A stretch of DNA of 64,000 bases from Bugula neritina (GCA_964035545.1 OZ037773.1:897751-961750); one strand, 5' to 3'. Positions 38,049-51,729 are shown, counted from the first letter of the stretch. Notes: generated by a model not told the origin, from the letters alone. Program-made: numbers and translations.

Positions 38049-38893
38049 TGGTAGCAGTATCTTCCCTCTTCACTCCTCTGACTATCCACACCTGCAGGTG
38101 GTGACAATCTCTCCCTCTCCGTTCCTCCCCTCCTCTGACTGTCTTTAGTCGGTGTTGCACGATCTCCGTACATGTGATTGTATTATTCTGTTTATTATTA
38201 TTATATTTTTCTTATGCCAATATAAATTGGCTCAATAGTGTGTAAACTCTTTTGGAAATATCTACCTTACGTGATGTTCAAATCTTTTTTTTTTTGGTTT
38301 TTTTTTATGTAATAAGTTGCTTATTATTTTTTTTGGGGTGCATATCAGGAAGGTATGCTTCCTGCTGGGGGGGCAGTGTAATGGGGCGTGGCTTACGCCT
38401 CACGCTCATCCCCCTGCCAATCAGAGAGTGATTGGCAACTATTGGATGAAGCTAAGCAGAACAATTGATTAGTTAGTTAGCGTATACTTGCCGTGATGTA
38501 AAGTAGCCTTGTGATAATACTTATATAGATTTTTACGCCATATTTTATAGTTTATAATAAAGTCTTACACACGAAACCATCAGTGAATTGCTTGTGACTA
38601 AATGCAGATTGCTCACTAGAAGCCCACATAAACATTGTGCTTCGCACAACAATATATATATAAAATAACGGACATAATTAAACTCACAAACAGAAAGAAG
38701 AGAAATGTTGTGTACACAAAAGCATATATATAATAAGGTAGACAGAGTGGTCGAACACACAGTTGGTCAACTGCAGAGAGAGAGGGTGCTATACAGCACA
38801 CAGACCAATGGCCGGGGGAACTCGTCATTTACGCGACGACAATGTAGTCCACCGAGAAGGTGCCTTTAACAGGCATGCTTATTGGGTAGGCTC

Positions 38894-39642
38894 TCACTCC
38901 TGTAGTGAGCGCGATCTGTGCCGAGCTTGTCGGGCACGTAGCCTCCGCTTCAATCGCCCCACCGAGTTTTTCAGTTGGTATAGGCCTGTCGTTGTATCGA
39001 GCAGGTCCGGAGCTAGTTGTGTAAACTTGGCTTGTAGTCGCAGAAGCCGCTCTTCTACTGTAACCAATTGGCTGGGTCCTGGCGGGGTGGAGCAGTCTCT
39101 TGGGCGGGGGGGTGTTGTTACTTCTCCTGGTTCAGGGGCGCTACTAGGATTAGCAGGGGTAGTTATCGGGGCCTTTACCATGGGGGACTTCTGACGGGCA
39201 GACAGCAGTAGTATTTGGAACCTGAAGTTAGCGCAGCCAGGGTTAGAGCCTTCTTGACAACCGGCTTGATGACATCCCAATACTGGGGGAAACTGTCCTC
39301 GTCTACGACGTAGCCTTCTCCTGCGAAGCAGCTCATCTTATGTACTATAACTGGGTACGGGTACACGTCATGGAACCCGCACGGGCAAAAGTGCAGCAGG
39401 AAGTGTGCGTCTACATGTAGACGCAGTGAGCGGTGTGATGGGCATTCCTTGAGGCAGACCTCACAGGTCTGGCGGGGTCAACTGGGTCTCCAAGCTTCTT
39501 CTATCCTCCGTTCCGTCGCTGGCGACACCCATCTCTGTCGTCGGTGGAGCACCACGAGCAGGCCATGTTCCATTTCTGGTTCTTCCTCCATAGGCAGAGG
39601 GGTTGGCTGGTCCCGTGACCGAGGTGGTCACTCGAGTGTTAT
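38894..39642 (-). pseudogene. Divergent ORF3 exon 2 of F
   Basis: After a TTTCAG acceptor: WVSPATERRI..CEVCLKECPSHRSLRLHVDAHFLLHFCPCGFHDVYPYPVIVHKMSC..VDEDSF, then coiled coil VEERLLRLQAKFTQLAP..LKNSVGRLKRR. Confidence 0.78.
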
Positions 39643-39862
39643 CTGAAAGAGCTAACAGTGTTAAGGATTATACACTGAAGTACCGCCGGCATGTACAGCC
39701 TGACAGGTGCTATGTTCAGTTAAACACTCGCGAGATTCAGGCTAATGAATAGTTGATCGAGAACACACTCGCTATGGCAGATTATTAGAATCTAAGTCGA
39801 CGTGTGTTCCCACCACTGTGTTTCATTATCGAATCTTTAGCTTGCTAACTGGTATAGTTAGA

Positions 39863-40616
39863 CACAGGATAGTTAAGGGCATCCTCACTAAGAATATCAT
39901 AAATTTCTCTCAAAATGTAGTTTGGGTTCTTGAATAATACTACTCTGCGGGTGGCATGTGTGTTGCCTACTTGCAATTGTTTAGCCTAAGATCAAACTAC
40001 AACCAATAAGCAGCAACCTTCATTAGGGCTGCGTTATCTATCAACATTCCATTATAGGCGCTACGAAAACAAAGTACCAAGCAAGCTATTCATTATAGCC
40101 TGCCAGCTAGCAAGCCTGTAATTAGCATGTACGCGCCAATATCTTCTCATCCCTACGTGCTCATTGAAGCGTGAAGCACTGCCCGCTGCTAATTTACTAT
40201 GAAAAAACATAGCATTTTCAGTGTATAAATCACCAATTTGTGGGCAATCTAGAAGAGTTATTGGAAAAAGAAAAAAGTTACCCTGGAGAAATATCTCAGG
40301 ATTCCAGCAGTGCAATTTCTATTTAGATATCATGCTTTGCTGCTGAGATATTTTAATGGTACTGAAAAGTCAGCTTTTCAGGCAAAATTGGCCAAAATTG
40401 GGCAGCTTTTTGTCTATAACTTTGCAAAAAAAATTAAAATTGAAATTTCCAAAAAGTTACCCTGGAGAAAAAGAAGATCTACAGCATAGTTTTTAAATTT
40501 TGACTCTAGCACAATTAGGTGAGATTTTATTTTACTGGTACTGAATTCTTATATGATTACAATGCAAACCTCAGCAAAGCAGTTGCAGCTAAAAGGTTGC
40601 CTTTAACTATCCTGTG
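39863..40616. mobile_element. 754-bp MITE, CAC...GTG termini, 2-bp TSD GA (CMC/EnSpm-like), inserted in the ORF3 intron of F
   Basis: 23-bp TIR CACAGGATAGTTAA(G/A)GGCA(T/A)CCT. Removing it restores acttcagtcagctctaac, matching the equivalent region of A and E. Confidence 0.78.
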
Positions 40617-42419
40617 GAGCTGACTGAAGTAGTCTAGTTCCCGTACCAAAAACATAACTAACTCACCCTTCGATCCAGAATATTAAAATATTTTGATTGA
40701 GAGTGGTACTGATTATTGTTTTGTGGCATGCTACTCTTGACTGCATCAAAGTAGGAAAAGACCGGGCAGCGTGGTTGTGAAGCGTGACTAGGACTTTTTG
40801 CTTCCGGCGGAGGAATCTCATCCGTGATTCCGCCAAGGCAAAAGTTGATATTTGCGTGGTGTTCAAAACTCCCACGTTTCTTTGCCTGTCTTCCCATACG
40901 ATACCTAGCTAGACTTTCATAACTGCCGCTTGTAGCGCGGTCATATACAAAGTCTCCGAGGTACGCTGGAGGTTGCTTAGTGAGCGGTCCTGGAGATATC
41001 GTCACTGTGGGAGGCGGTGTGCTCACCCGTGGATTGTTATGTCTCACGGGTGGTGTTTCCAGCCTGTTTGTGACGGTCGTTCCTACGTTGGTGTCTCTGT
41101 ACGGAGCCCCTCCCACGGGGGGTTATTGCACTTCCGGACTCGTTTCTGGTTCCGGAAGTGGTGATGGCAGGCCTGACGTTGGGGCGATGGGCGCGTTTCC
41201 AAAGACGGAAGTGGCCTTTCCTGCCTCGTCAAGTTTTCCTGGAGAGTCATGGGCGCGTTTCTGGCCAGGTCGACAGTCTTCGCTTGCCAGGACCTTCTAG
41301 CACAATGCGTCTGCCGCCCCGTTTCACCAGGGAGAGGGCTATGCTTGTCGGTCTGGCAGATTTCGCACTGTCTCACTCTGCGCCGTATGTCCGGCTGCAT
41401 GTTGGGCCGGTACCACCGGAGTTGTAACTTGGTGACCACCCCCTGGACTCCCGCCTGAGTCTGCTGGTGGATGTCCCGTATCAACTCCCGGCAGATGGCA
41501 GCGGGGCAGACTATCCTCTCCCTTTCTGGCTGTCTGTTGTTGGCGGCCAAAGTCATGGTCAGCAGGCCATCTGGCCCGATCCGCAGGGAGTTCCAATGTT
41601 GACAGTACAGCCGTAACTCGGCGCATCCTTGTCCCCGATGTCTACCACTGGGTCGTCGCCCATCCTGTTTTGCTCGGTACACATCAGCTACCACCCCGGA
41701 GAAGCGAAGATCCCGTCAATGTCAGGTCCCGCTCCGTAGGGCTTAGCCTTGTTCGTCAGCGCCATCCTGAGTTTGAGCATGCCACCCTTGGTGGCCACCG
41801 TGCAACTTCCATCACATCTTGAAATTCTTGGATAAATTGCTCTATGGCTTCTTCGCCCGTAAAGGTGTGCGCCTTCAGCCGGTATCTGTCCTCACTGGGT
41901 TCTCTGGGAACTCTCACTTCTTCCAACACTACTGGTTTCACAGGTATAACAACATTGTCTTCCTCACCTTCATTTTAGTGGAATGGGTAGCTCCTACCTT
42001 CTTCTGCCCTCACTGTTGTACGCAAGATCCCACCGCTGCCATCACTGTTGTAATTTGCACAATTACTATGCGTGGGTTTTTGCTTGCATATTCAGTATGC
42101 GTTCTAACTAGTAATTACTAGGGTAGTAGCCGTATAATAATCTTCATTATCCACAATAAACACAGTATAAAACATTACATCAAATTACAGTAATACAATA
42201 GCCATCTAACTAGGTTCGTACACTTCAAGTCCTCGCTCACAACAACGTGATAATTGCCAACTACCCGGGAACTGTCACTGGGTCGGAAGTTCACCTTCTG
42301 GTTCTTCTTATTGGATAATACATGGGGGGCTTTTAGTATTCCCCGAACGGAGAGGAGATGATTTTACATTATGATACTGCGTGACCCACTACACCATGCT
42401 AATAAGTTTATTGGTTTTC

Positions 42420-42670
42420 TTTTAAAGCAGCACAAATTTATATGAAGAAAATTGTTTGAATTAATTTATTGTTTTTGAAGCAGTACAAATTTATTTGAAG
42501 AAAATTGTTTGAATTGATTTATTGATTTTGAAGCAGCACAAATCTATTTGAAAAAAATATTTGAATTGAGAAATTTACTTCAAAGCTGCACAAATTTACA
42601 TTGGAGAAAATATTTGAATTGAGAAATCTATTTCAAAGCTGCACAAGTTTATGGAGAAGGAAATGTTTTA
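42420..42670. repeat. Minisatellite, about 5 copies of ~53 bp
   Basis: Recurring aagc(a/t)gcacaaattta...aaa(a/t)(t/a)tttgaatt. Confidence 0.8.
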
Positions 42671-42839
42671 AATGTTGATGTTAAACTGTAATTCTCTTGT
42701 GAGTTTAATCTAGATAATTTGTCTATCTTGTTTGTCAGACTTATTAATTTATGCTCGCTAGTATAATGTAAACAGAGCAAGATTTCAAAAGATCGCTAGG
42801 ATAATCTTTATTTTGGTTTGGGTAATTTCTTGTAATATT

Positions 42840-43265
42840 TCATTATTGTGTTTAATGTTTTTGTTAGTTAGTTGCCAAATGTATTTGCTAAGTTCTGTTT
42901 GATTAATTGCTCTTTCCTTGTTTTTAAAGGATGAGTTGTGGTTTGCGTATTTTAGTTTGAACGGTCCATCACTCAAGCCAATGTATGTTGCAGGCTCGTT
43001 TTCGGTAGTTTCTACAGTTGCTTGGTATATTACTCTGATCTCCTGACAGTTTCCTTTTTCTGTGGACAACTTTCTTTTTCTCTGCAGTTGCAGTTTTTTT
43101 CTGGGGGTTTTGTTTTGTTGCTTCTGTTTTTCTAAGACTTTGTTATTGTGGACGTTTATGGTCTGTTTTATGTTTGGCATGCAGCTGTAGCTAACTTTTA
43201 TATTGTTCTTGTTGATTATTTTATAGAGTGGGTGTTGTTTTGGAAATTCCTCATTTATGAAACTA
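42840..43265 (-). mobile_element. Penelope-like element fragment (linker plus GIY-YIG endonuclease)
   Basis: [23 protein letters not shown]; VIYQATV..TYIG..FK..NH.SSF..TELSKYIWQL. Confidence 0.8.
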
Positions 43266-44084
43266 TACAACACAATTATCAAAAGGTGTAATTCATGCCT
43301 ATGGGAATGTTTCTTTATTTTTTACAAACCTAACATGTGTACTTTAAACAAGCGAAACGAGCTGTTGTCAACCTGCTGACACTCAAAAAAATTCTTACTG
43401 TGCAACCACAAAACCTAGCAACTCTGTTGCCTATTTATATTTTATGTACTATGGTAAATAATACCCAAATACATATAAAGTATAGTCACCCAACAACAAT
43501 ATCATGCATCTGCTATCAATTTTGCTTTTACATTATGTGTTTATTTGATATTATAATTAATTACACTTACAAATCTATATAACAACAAAGCCACTGCTAT
43601 GTTTGCGTTGCGTTTTACATTGTGTTTAGCATGTTAATTTTCTTGATGTAAAGATTTAAATTTACCAATAAAATTGTGCCTGAAGAGTTCTGAAGAGGCA
43701 TAAAACTCTTAGTAGCGCAATAAAAAAACATATAATTAAATTGCTCTTTTCTTCAATAACATAATTGCTCATTATTATACGCATAACAATTTGAGCACTT
43801 TTTCATCTGCTGTTTTTTAAAATATTCGCGCTATATATATATAATTTCAAGTCAAGCGTTTTGTTTTATCCCAAAATTAAATATCTCAACTTATTTTTCT
43901 ATAGTTAACTTTAAACTAAAAATATTGCGTTTGACAGCTTACATGTATATAATATATAATGAATATATAAGTTTATATGTAAAGATTATAAGTTTATTTT
44001 ATATCCAAAATTGCATCAATACCAAATATAAATACTCTATTTTTTGAAAGATTGAGTTCTTTTGATTCATTTTTTAAATATAGA

Positions 44085-44087
<3 letters not shown>

Positions 44088-44147
<60 letters not shown>

Positions 44148-44176
44148 CTACATATATATATATATATATATCTCAA

Positions 44177-44238
<62 letters not shown>

Positions 44239-44258
44239 CTATATATATATATATAAAT
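44088..44258. repeat. (TA)n microsatellite, interrupted
   Basis: Visible directly. Confidence 0.97.
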
Positions 44259-44342
44259 ATATCTTTACGAGCTAGCAATTTGATTATAAATAAGTATACG
44301 AGAAACATTGTTGATTTATTACTTTATATGGCAAAGTAATTA

Positions 44343-44382
44343 TACTGATATTTCGGGTACCACTGTACCCATCTTCAGAGTA
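44343..44382 (-). ncRNA. Second, identical minimal hammerhead ribozyme on the opposite arm
   Basis: Exact reverse complement of 45578-45617. Confidence 0.78.
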
Positions 44383-45577
44383 GCAATGAATGAAATTCAA
44401 AAATTATTACGTTACGTTAGACGTTATGCATGACACAAAGAATAGAGAGTGGCAGTTATTGTATATTATTGAAACTTAGGGAGATAATCTTATTTTATAT
44501 ATTACGCAGGTCAAAAATTATACTGATTTTTTTTTTGCATAAAAATAAATTAGAGTTGACAAAAAAAAAATATCCAAGTATAAAAACAGCAAGAATTAGT
44601 GAAACTATGTGAGAGTTGAGTAGTGTGGAGCTATTGATATAGTTTTAATGGTATGGAGTAATTTTGTTTATTGAGTTCCGTTTTTATTTGTTTAATGTAA
44701 AGAGCTTCGGTTACTTTTCGATGGTTGATTCCATTAAATGAATGATTTAAAACTGTTACATTGTCTATTGATATGTTTCCATGATTAGTGGTGGAGATGT
44801 GTTGATAAATTTTGGAATTAATGTCATGGCAGTGTTCATGTATCCTATGTGATAGGCGGCGTCCGGTCTCGCCTACATATGTGTGTTTGAGATTAAAGTC
44901 TGAACTTAAGGGGGTTCCTTTAAATGAAATCCGGGCATTGAGTTCATTTGGAAAAGAGTCTGTAATTAATTTATTGAGGGAGCGGATTAGGTTTTCTCCT
45001 GTTACAGATAAAACCGATAAAGAACACATTCACAACCTAGTCTATAAAATAACCTGCCCTGAAGCTACCTGTCAACAAACATATATAGGGGATACCGGAC
45101 GCCGCCTATCACATAGGATACATGAACACTGCCATGACATTAATTCCAAAATTTATCAACACATCTCCACCACTAATCATGGAAGCATATCAATAGACAA
45201 TGTAACAGTTTTAAATCATTCATTTAAAGGAATCAACCATTGAAAAGTAGCCGAAGCTCTCTACATTAAACAAATAAAACCGCAACTCAAGAAACAAAAT
45301 TACTCCATACCATTAAAACTATATCAATAGCTCCACACTACTCAACTCTCACATAGTTTCACTAATTCTTGCTGTTTTTATACTTGGATATCTATTTTTT
45401 GTCAACTCTAATTTATTTTTATGCAAAAAAAAATCAGTATAATTTTTGACCTGCGTAATATATAAAATAAGATTATCTCCCTAAGTTTCAATAATGTACA
45501 ATAACTGCCACTCTCTATTCTTTGTGTCATGCATAACGTCTAACGTAACGTGATAATTTTTGAATTTCATTCATTGC

Positions 45578-45617
45578 TACTCTGAAGATGGGTACAGTGG
45601 TACCCGAAATATCAGTA
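45578..45617 (+). ncRNA. Minimal type-I hammerhead ribozyme of a Penelope-like element
   Basis: TACT-CTGAAGA-T-GGGTAC(AGTG)GTACCC-GAAA-TA-TC-AGTA: catalytic core, 6-bp stem II, 4-bp stem I, palindromic ATAT stem III. Confidence 0.78.
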
Positions 45618-45670
45618 TAATTACTTTGCCTAATAAAGTAATAAATCAACAATGTTTCCCGTATACTTAT

Positions 45671-45819
<149 letters not shown>

Positions 45820-46099
45820 TCTCTCTATATACACTCTCTCTTTATATACACTCTCCCCTATAAACACTACCATATTCATTTGTACAGACCACATAGTCCA
45901 CACTTACACTATGATGTGTCTTACTATGGTTAACCTCCTTCTCCAAAGGGCTGAACTGATCCTCCTGGCTATTGCTGGTATATTTATATATGAACGTGAA
46001 AAAATGAAAATATTTAATAGCAAAGCTTATCATACAAACAAAATAAAATTTTATTATATGATATATTATCTACTTGTTATGTTTACTCTCAACAGGTGA

Positions 46100-49000
46100 T
46101 AGCCCGCTCCCTCAGCGACCCCACCCTCGACCTTGAGGGTATGTGAGCGAGTCTCGCTTCCAGAGACTGCGCGAGTGCTTCCAACAGTTCCACTACCATG
46201 TCGGTCATCTGGCGCGACCTTAGAGGCAGTTGAAGACTTGGTGGTGGCGACAGCTACGCGGGTCGCTGTCCAAGTCTCGCTATAAGTAGTTGCTATCTCT
46301 GCTTCAACTTGATGGGACCCTGCACAGCTCCTGTGTATCTGTGTGCATCTTTGACCACCGCCACTTCTCTCCTCAGAAACTGGTGATGGAGACCTAGGTC
46401 ACTAACCGCCTGCACAAAAAGTGCCGAAGGTGTGCTGCTTACGGGTAACGGGTGACAGGTCACTATGCGCAGTTTGCGCTAATCGTTTAACTGTGGTGGG
46501 ATGTTCTTGCAGGGAGGTGCCCGGGTTGCGCCGCAACTCTTGCAAGCAGACTCGGGGGTCTATAGGGGAAATGCCAAATCGAGTCCGTAATGCCTAGCCA
46601 AGCTTACAGAGTATCGTTTCGTGCGACAATGCTCTATACCACGCACAGCTTCTGCTTGCAACCCTCCTCAAGCCCTGCGGCGATTGGAGCGTAGCGACGG
46701 GAACAGGGAAGTGAAGCCTGGAAGTTTCCAGTTACAAACCAGCACGTAGGCGGTAGAGACTTATCAGTCGCTCAACTTAGGACAGGGAGCAGTATGGTTG
46801 TTCGGTAGTGATCTCTATGACTGAGCAGTCCTTTTTAGGACCCACTCTGCTCACCTCAATCAGAGGAGAGGGCTAGAAAAGGTGCCCCAAACATAGTCTG
46901 CTCCCAACTCAACCTGGCTGGATTACCGCGTCCAGCGGGTTCACCTCTTTGCGGTCAGAAAATACAAATGAACATAGCAACCTGGAATGTACGGACAATG
47001 ATGGACAATGATAAATCAAACAGACCTGAGAGAAGACTGGCTTTCATAGCTCGTAAACTCAGAAGACTAAATGTAAACATAGCAGCCCTTCAGGAAACTC
47101 GCTTAGCTGATGAAGGGCAGCTCACGGAAATTGGTGGTGGGTACACTTTTTTCTGGAGAGGGAAACCAGCTGATGAACAGAGAGTTCATGGGGGTGGTTT
47201 CGCTATCAAGAATGAGGTTGTGAGGAAACTCGACCAGCTACCAGTGGGAATCAACGACAGGATGATGACTCTCCAACTAAACCTACGCCGCAACAGGAAA
47301 ACAACATTGATCTCAGCATATGCACCGACATTGCTTGCTGATCATCAGGAAAAGGAGCAGTTCTACTCCAATCTAGATATGGTTCTATCAAGGATCCCCA
47401 AGAGTGCGAAAATCATGGTCCTTGGAGATTTTAATGCTCGGGTTGGAAAAGATCACCATGTGTGGAAAAAGATAATTGGTAAAGATGGGACTGGGAAGCT
47501 AAATAGCAATGGGGAAATGCTGCTCACCAAATGTGCTGAACACTCCTTGGTAATCACAAACACTCTTTTTAGACAGAAAGACCGACGCAAGACCTCATGG
47601 AGACATCCCAGATCTGGCCACTGGCACCTTATCGACTACATCATTGTCAAACAACGGGATGTGCAGGATGTGTGTATAACCCGAGCTATGGACCTATCTG
47701 ATGCTTGCTGGACAGACCATCGACCGATTCTGGCAAAAATGAACATATGTATTCATCCAAAACAAATGAACAGGAAAAGAAAGCAGACAAAAATAACTCT
47801 ATCGCTGCTCAACCAGCCAGAAATAAAGCAGAGCTTCCAAAGTGAGCTCACAGAGAATATCCAAGATATTGATATAAATTCTACTCATGGCAGCTGGGAA
47901 GTTCTGAGAGATTCGATCTTGAAAACATGCCACTCAACCCTGGGTAAACCAGAACGAAAACATGAAGATTGGTTTGATGACAACGAACAAGAAATAAACG
48001 AGCTCATGAAGGAGAAACGCCATGCTTTCAGCTTATGGCACCAAGACTATAGAAATGTGGAAAAAAGGGAACATTATCATAAAATGAGAAGGAAAGTACA
48101 GGCGAGAATAAGGACAATAAAAAATGACTGGTGGATCCGAAAATCTGAGGAACTTCAGAGACTTGCTGAGACAAACAGTAGCAAAGAGTTCTTTTCCGCT
48201 ACGAAGAGATTGTATGGCCCAATTTTTGGAGGATGTGGGCCAATAGCTTCCAAAGATGGTTCCACAATACATAAGGGGAAAGATGAGATCAAGGGCAGAT
48301 GGGCTGAACATTTCTCAGAGCTGCTTAACCAAGACACTATGGTAGATGAGAAGACCTTAGAATGTCTGCCACAACTGTCAATACTGACCCACCTAGCCAA
48401 ACCCCCAACGATTGACGAACTTGAGAAAGCATTATCCATGACTAAGTCAGGAAAAGCTGCCGGACCGGATGGAATACCTGGAGAGATTTTTAAAGGTGGT
48501 GGGCTAGAATTGAACAGAAAATTGCTGGAGCTCTTTCAGCTGATTTGGGAAAAAGAATCACTTCATCCTGATCTGAAGGATGCTAATATTGTAACTCTTT
48601 ACAAGAAGGGTAACAGAGCCGATTGTGGAAACTATTGGGGTATCTCTCTGCTATCCATTGCTGGAAAGCTTCTGGCGAGAATAGTTAGTTTTAGACTTGG
48701 CCAATTGACAGAGAGATGCCTACCAGAGAGCCAATGTGGCTTCAAACCTTACCGAGGAACTGTGGATATGATTTTTGCTGCTCGGCAGATTCAAGAAAAA
48801 TGCCTAGAGCAGCACCGTGATCTGTTTATGGCATTCATCGATCTAAAGAAAGCCTTTGACACAGTTCACGGACCAACGCTGTGAAAAGTGCTAGGCAAGA
48901 TTGGATGCCCCGACAAATTAGTTACCATCATTCGCATCTTACATGATGACATGAAGGCATCAGTATTAGTTGATGGAGACCACTCTAAGGAGTTTCCTGT

Positions 49001-50265
49001 GAACACATAAGTAAAACAGGGATGTGTGATAGCACCTACTTTGTTCTCGATTTTCCTCACTGCTGTACTTCAACTAGTGAGTGAATGTATGCCATCTGGA
49101 GTAAGAATCAGATATAGATTTAATGATATTTTCAATGTCAGACGTCTCAGAGCTAAGACGAAGACAGCTACCGAGGCTATCCATGAACTGCAGTATGCTG
49201 ATGATAACATGATCATGGCTCATTCCGAGGAGGAACTTCAACTTGCTCTCACAGCATTCAATACAGCATACACCTCTCTTGGTCTAACACTCAATGCCAA
49301 GAAGACGCAAGTAATGTACCAACCACACCCGAATACTGAAAGACATGAGGATTTTTCCCTCGAGGTGGGAGACCAAATATTAGACCAAGTCACTACCTTC
49401 AACTATTTAGGTAGCTGCCTATCCTCTAAAGCAAACATTGATGCTGAAATAAACCGAAGACTCCAGGCCGCCAGCTCCGCATTTGGGAGGCTGCAAACAC
49501 GCGTTTTCAACAACAAGGATATATACAGACAGACCAAACTAAAAGTATACAAAGCCATTGTTCTCCCGACACTACTTTATGCCTCTGAAACTTGGGTAAC
49601 CTACAGCCACAACCTGCTGTCCCTCGAGAGATTTCACAACCGCAGTCTCAGGCGAATCCTCGGAGTCAAATGGCAAGACAGGCAGACTACTAACAGTGTC
49701 CTCGATAAAGCTCAAACTACAAGTATTACTAGCATGATTGTGAAGAGACAACTGAAGTGGTCTGGCCATGTGGTAAGAATGGATGATAACCGGCTACCAA
49801 AAAAGATCATGTACTCTGAGCTGAACACTGGAAATCGCTCACAGGGTGGTCAGAGGAAAAGGTATAAAGACACTCTACACGAGAGCCTTAAGCAGTGTTT
49901 CATTCGACCACAGACCTGGGAAGTTCAGGCCTTGGACAGAAAAAATTGGAGAACTGTTGTGCATCAAGGGACAGCGATTTTTGAACAACAACAACGCCAA
50001 AAACGAGAGCACAAACGGTTGTTAAGGAAAAGCAAGGAGTTATGCTCTGTTACACACCCACCAGTGACTGACTCTAGTAACATTTGTCCTCACTGTGGCA
50101 AATTATGCCGATCTCGAATTGGGCTTGTGAGTCACCTCAGAACTCACAACCTCTAGTAGGATTTTACGGATTTTTGAACTGGAACGGATTACGGATCACG
50201 GCACAGACTAGGGCTTGCAAGCAGACATCATACTCAGTACACGAGGGATTGCTGACACACACACA
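46100..50265 (+). mobile_element. RTE-clade LINE, near full length (5' end approximate)
   Basis: GC-rich ~0.85-kb leader, single APE-RT ORF, short 3' UTR ending gagggattgctg(ac)n. TSD not found. Confidence 0.92.
46968..50156 (+). pseudogene. RTE ORF: AP endonuclease, reverse transcriptase and C-terminal C2H2 finger; two in-frame stops (48882, 49008)
   Basis: ATWNVRT, LQETR, GDFNARVG, IDYI, TDH; GPDGIP, DLKKAFD, KQGC, YADD; CPHCGKLCRSRIGLVSHLRTH. Confidence 0.95.
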
Positions 50266-51729
50266 AATTAATTATTATTATTATTTTAATGACAGCAATT
50301 TTAGTGGCTGTGATTTTTGCTAATTTTCGGTATGCTATATTGTTCAGAAGAACCATCAAATATTCAACGCACTCCTTAGATATTGTTGGAAACCATGTTT
50401 AATATGGATTTCAGTGATCAATTGTATGATTTCAACTTTAAGTTTGGGAGGTACGTTTCATGAGTTTTAAATAAAAGTATATGCATCAAGGTATGCATAA
50501 AACTATTACCAGTTTATTGATCATTTTTTTGGTACAGAGTGTAAAATGATATTGTAGTCATTTTGAACAATACATGCAATGAAACAGGAAAAAAACATGA
50601 AGCAAATCACAATCTTAAAAAACAAATAGTTTCAATAGCGAAATAATCTACAGAGTAAAAACTTCAAATTTCAAATGCATTTCATAGTATAGAGAAATTT
50701 GGCAGTCAAGAGAGAGAACGTCAACAAACCCAATATCTATTTTGTTTCTTCAGTGAAAATGAGTGAGATTTTATCAACAGCTAATGGATCTGTAAAAAGA
50801 CGGTGAAACTCTCATCTTATTTTTTTGGGGTCTCCTGTATTCTCATTAATTAGGAGTTTGTTTTCTGCAAATGACAATAATGTTATTTTAAACTAACGTA
50901 ACACACAGACCAATCAGAAACAATTGCTTAATGATACATTTTGTGCACAGGCTCCATAAAAAAATTTGCCAAGAGAAATAGTTGCATTGAATAAAACTCC
51001 AACTATAAATTAATGCAAACCACAAATAATCCGGAAGGGCATTCATTCACATAATGAGCAGTCAGTTATGAAAATGCAGTGTAGAGTTGAGCTGGTTGAA
51101 AAGTTTGAAGCCTAATGTTACATGGTTACATTTGAATGGAGCCAATTGTACCAGTGAAAACAATACTGTTAAAAAGTTGATAAACGCAAATTTAATTAAC
51201 TAAAGATCATGATAATTTCAGTAAATAATTTGACTGTAATATCAATTGGTTTCATTTCAAATCAATTACAAACATTGCACATAAAAATAGAAGTGACCGA
51301 ACTTAAAAGTTGGTGTCAAAAGTGGAGGAATACTTATGAAGAAGTTCAGTAGATATTAATAATGAGGATACTGAAATGAGATCAATAAGACAATGAAAGC
51401 TTGACAATCCGAAACTAAATGAGACAAAATAGGTTGGATTAAGGCCACACTAAAAAGATTTTCCAATTTTAAAATTATGCCACTTGATCAAAATGAGTGA
51501 AACTCAAGTGACCAATCACATTTGCCCAATTGCTGTGGTATAGATATTAATACATGTTTGAGCCTCGTTCACCTGTCTCAGTGATGCACCATTAATTTTT
51601 TGGACGATTAGGACAAAACTCAAAGGCAGGCTAGTTGAACAGTATAAGCCAAGTAGATGATCTATGATGATAGGTAATTGAATATTGTTTGTTTTCAGCA
51701 GTTTTCAGTTTTCAGTTTTCTGCCTACAT

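Larger units (their letters stand above)
31264..38651 (+). mobile_element. Full-length Gypsy element E nested in the 3' UTR of F, TSD ATAT
   Basis: LTRs 31264-31538 and 38377-38651 (about 9 differences in 275 bp), perfect tRNA-Leu PBS 31540-31558, TSD atat at 31260-63 and 38652-55. Confidence 0.97.
30845..42393 (-). mobile_element. Gypsy-derived non-autonomous element F (LTRs 30845-31192 and 42046-42393), host to nested element E and a MITE
   Basis: 348-bp LTR pair, PBS ~42027-42044, PPT from 31193. A gag stub (~42013-41720) is joined directly to the IN N-terminal region (41694), followed by the pol tail and a divergent ORF3. Flanks atat/ccat do not form a perfect TSD. Confidence 0.88.

Noticed and set aside
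42420-42670. CRISPR-like array
   Set aside because: Contiguous degenerate tandem units with no unique spacers, in a eukaryotic context.
44052-44308. YI-repeat ORFs (also 45652-45933)
   Set aside because: Translations of (TA)n microsatellites.
46100-46960. HDV-like ribozyme in the RTE 5' UTR
   Set aside because: GC-rich hairpins and a GCTAA are present, but I could not assemble P1/P1.1/P2/P3. A structure-descriptor search is needed.
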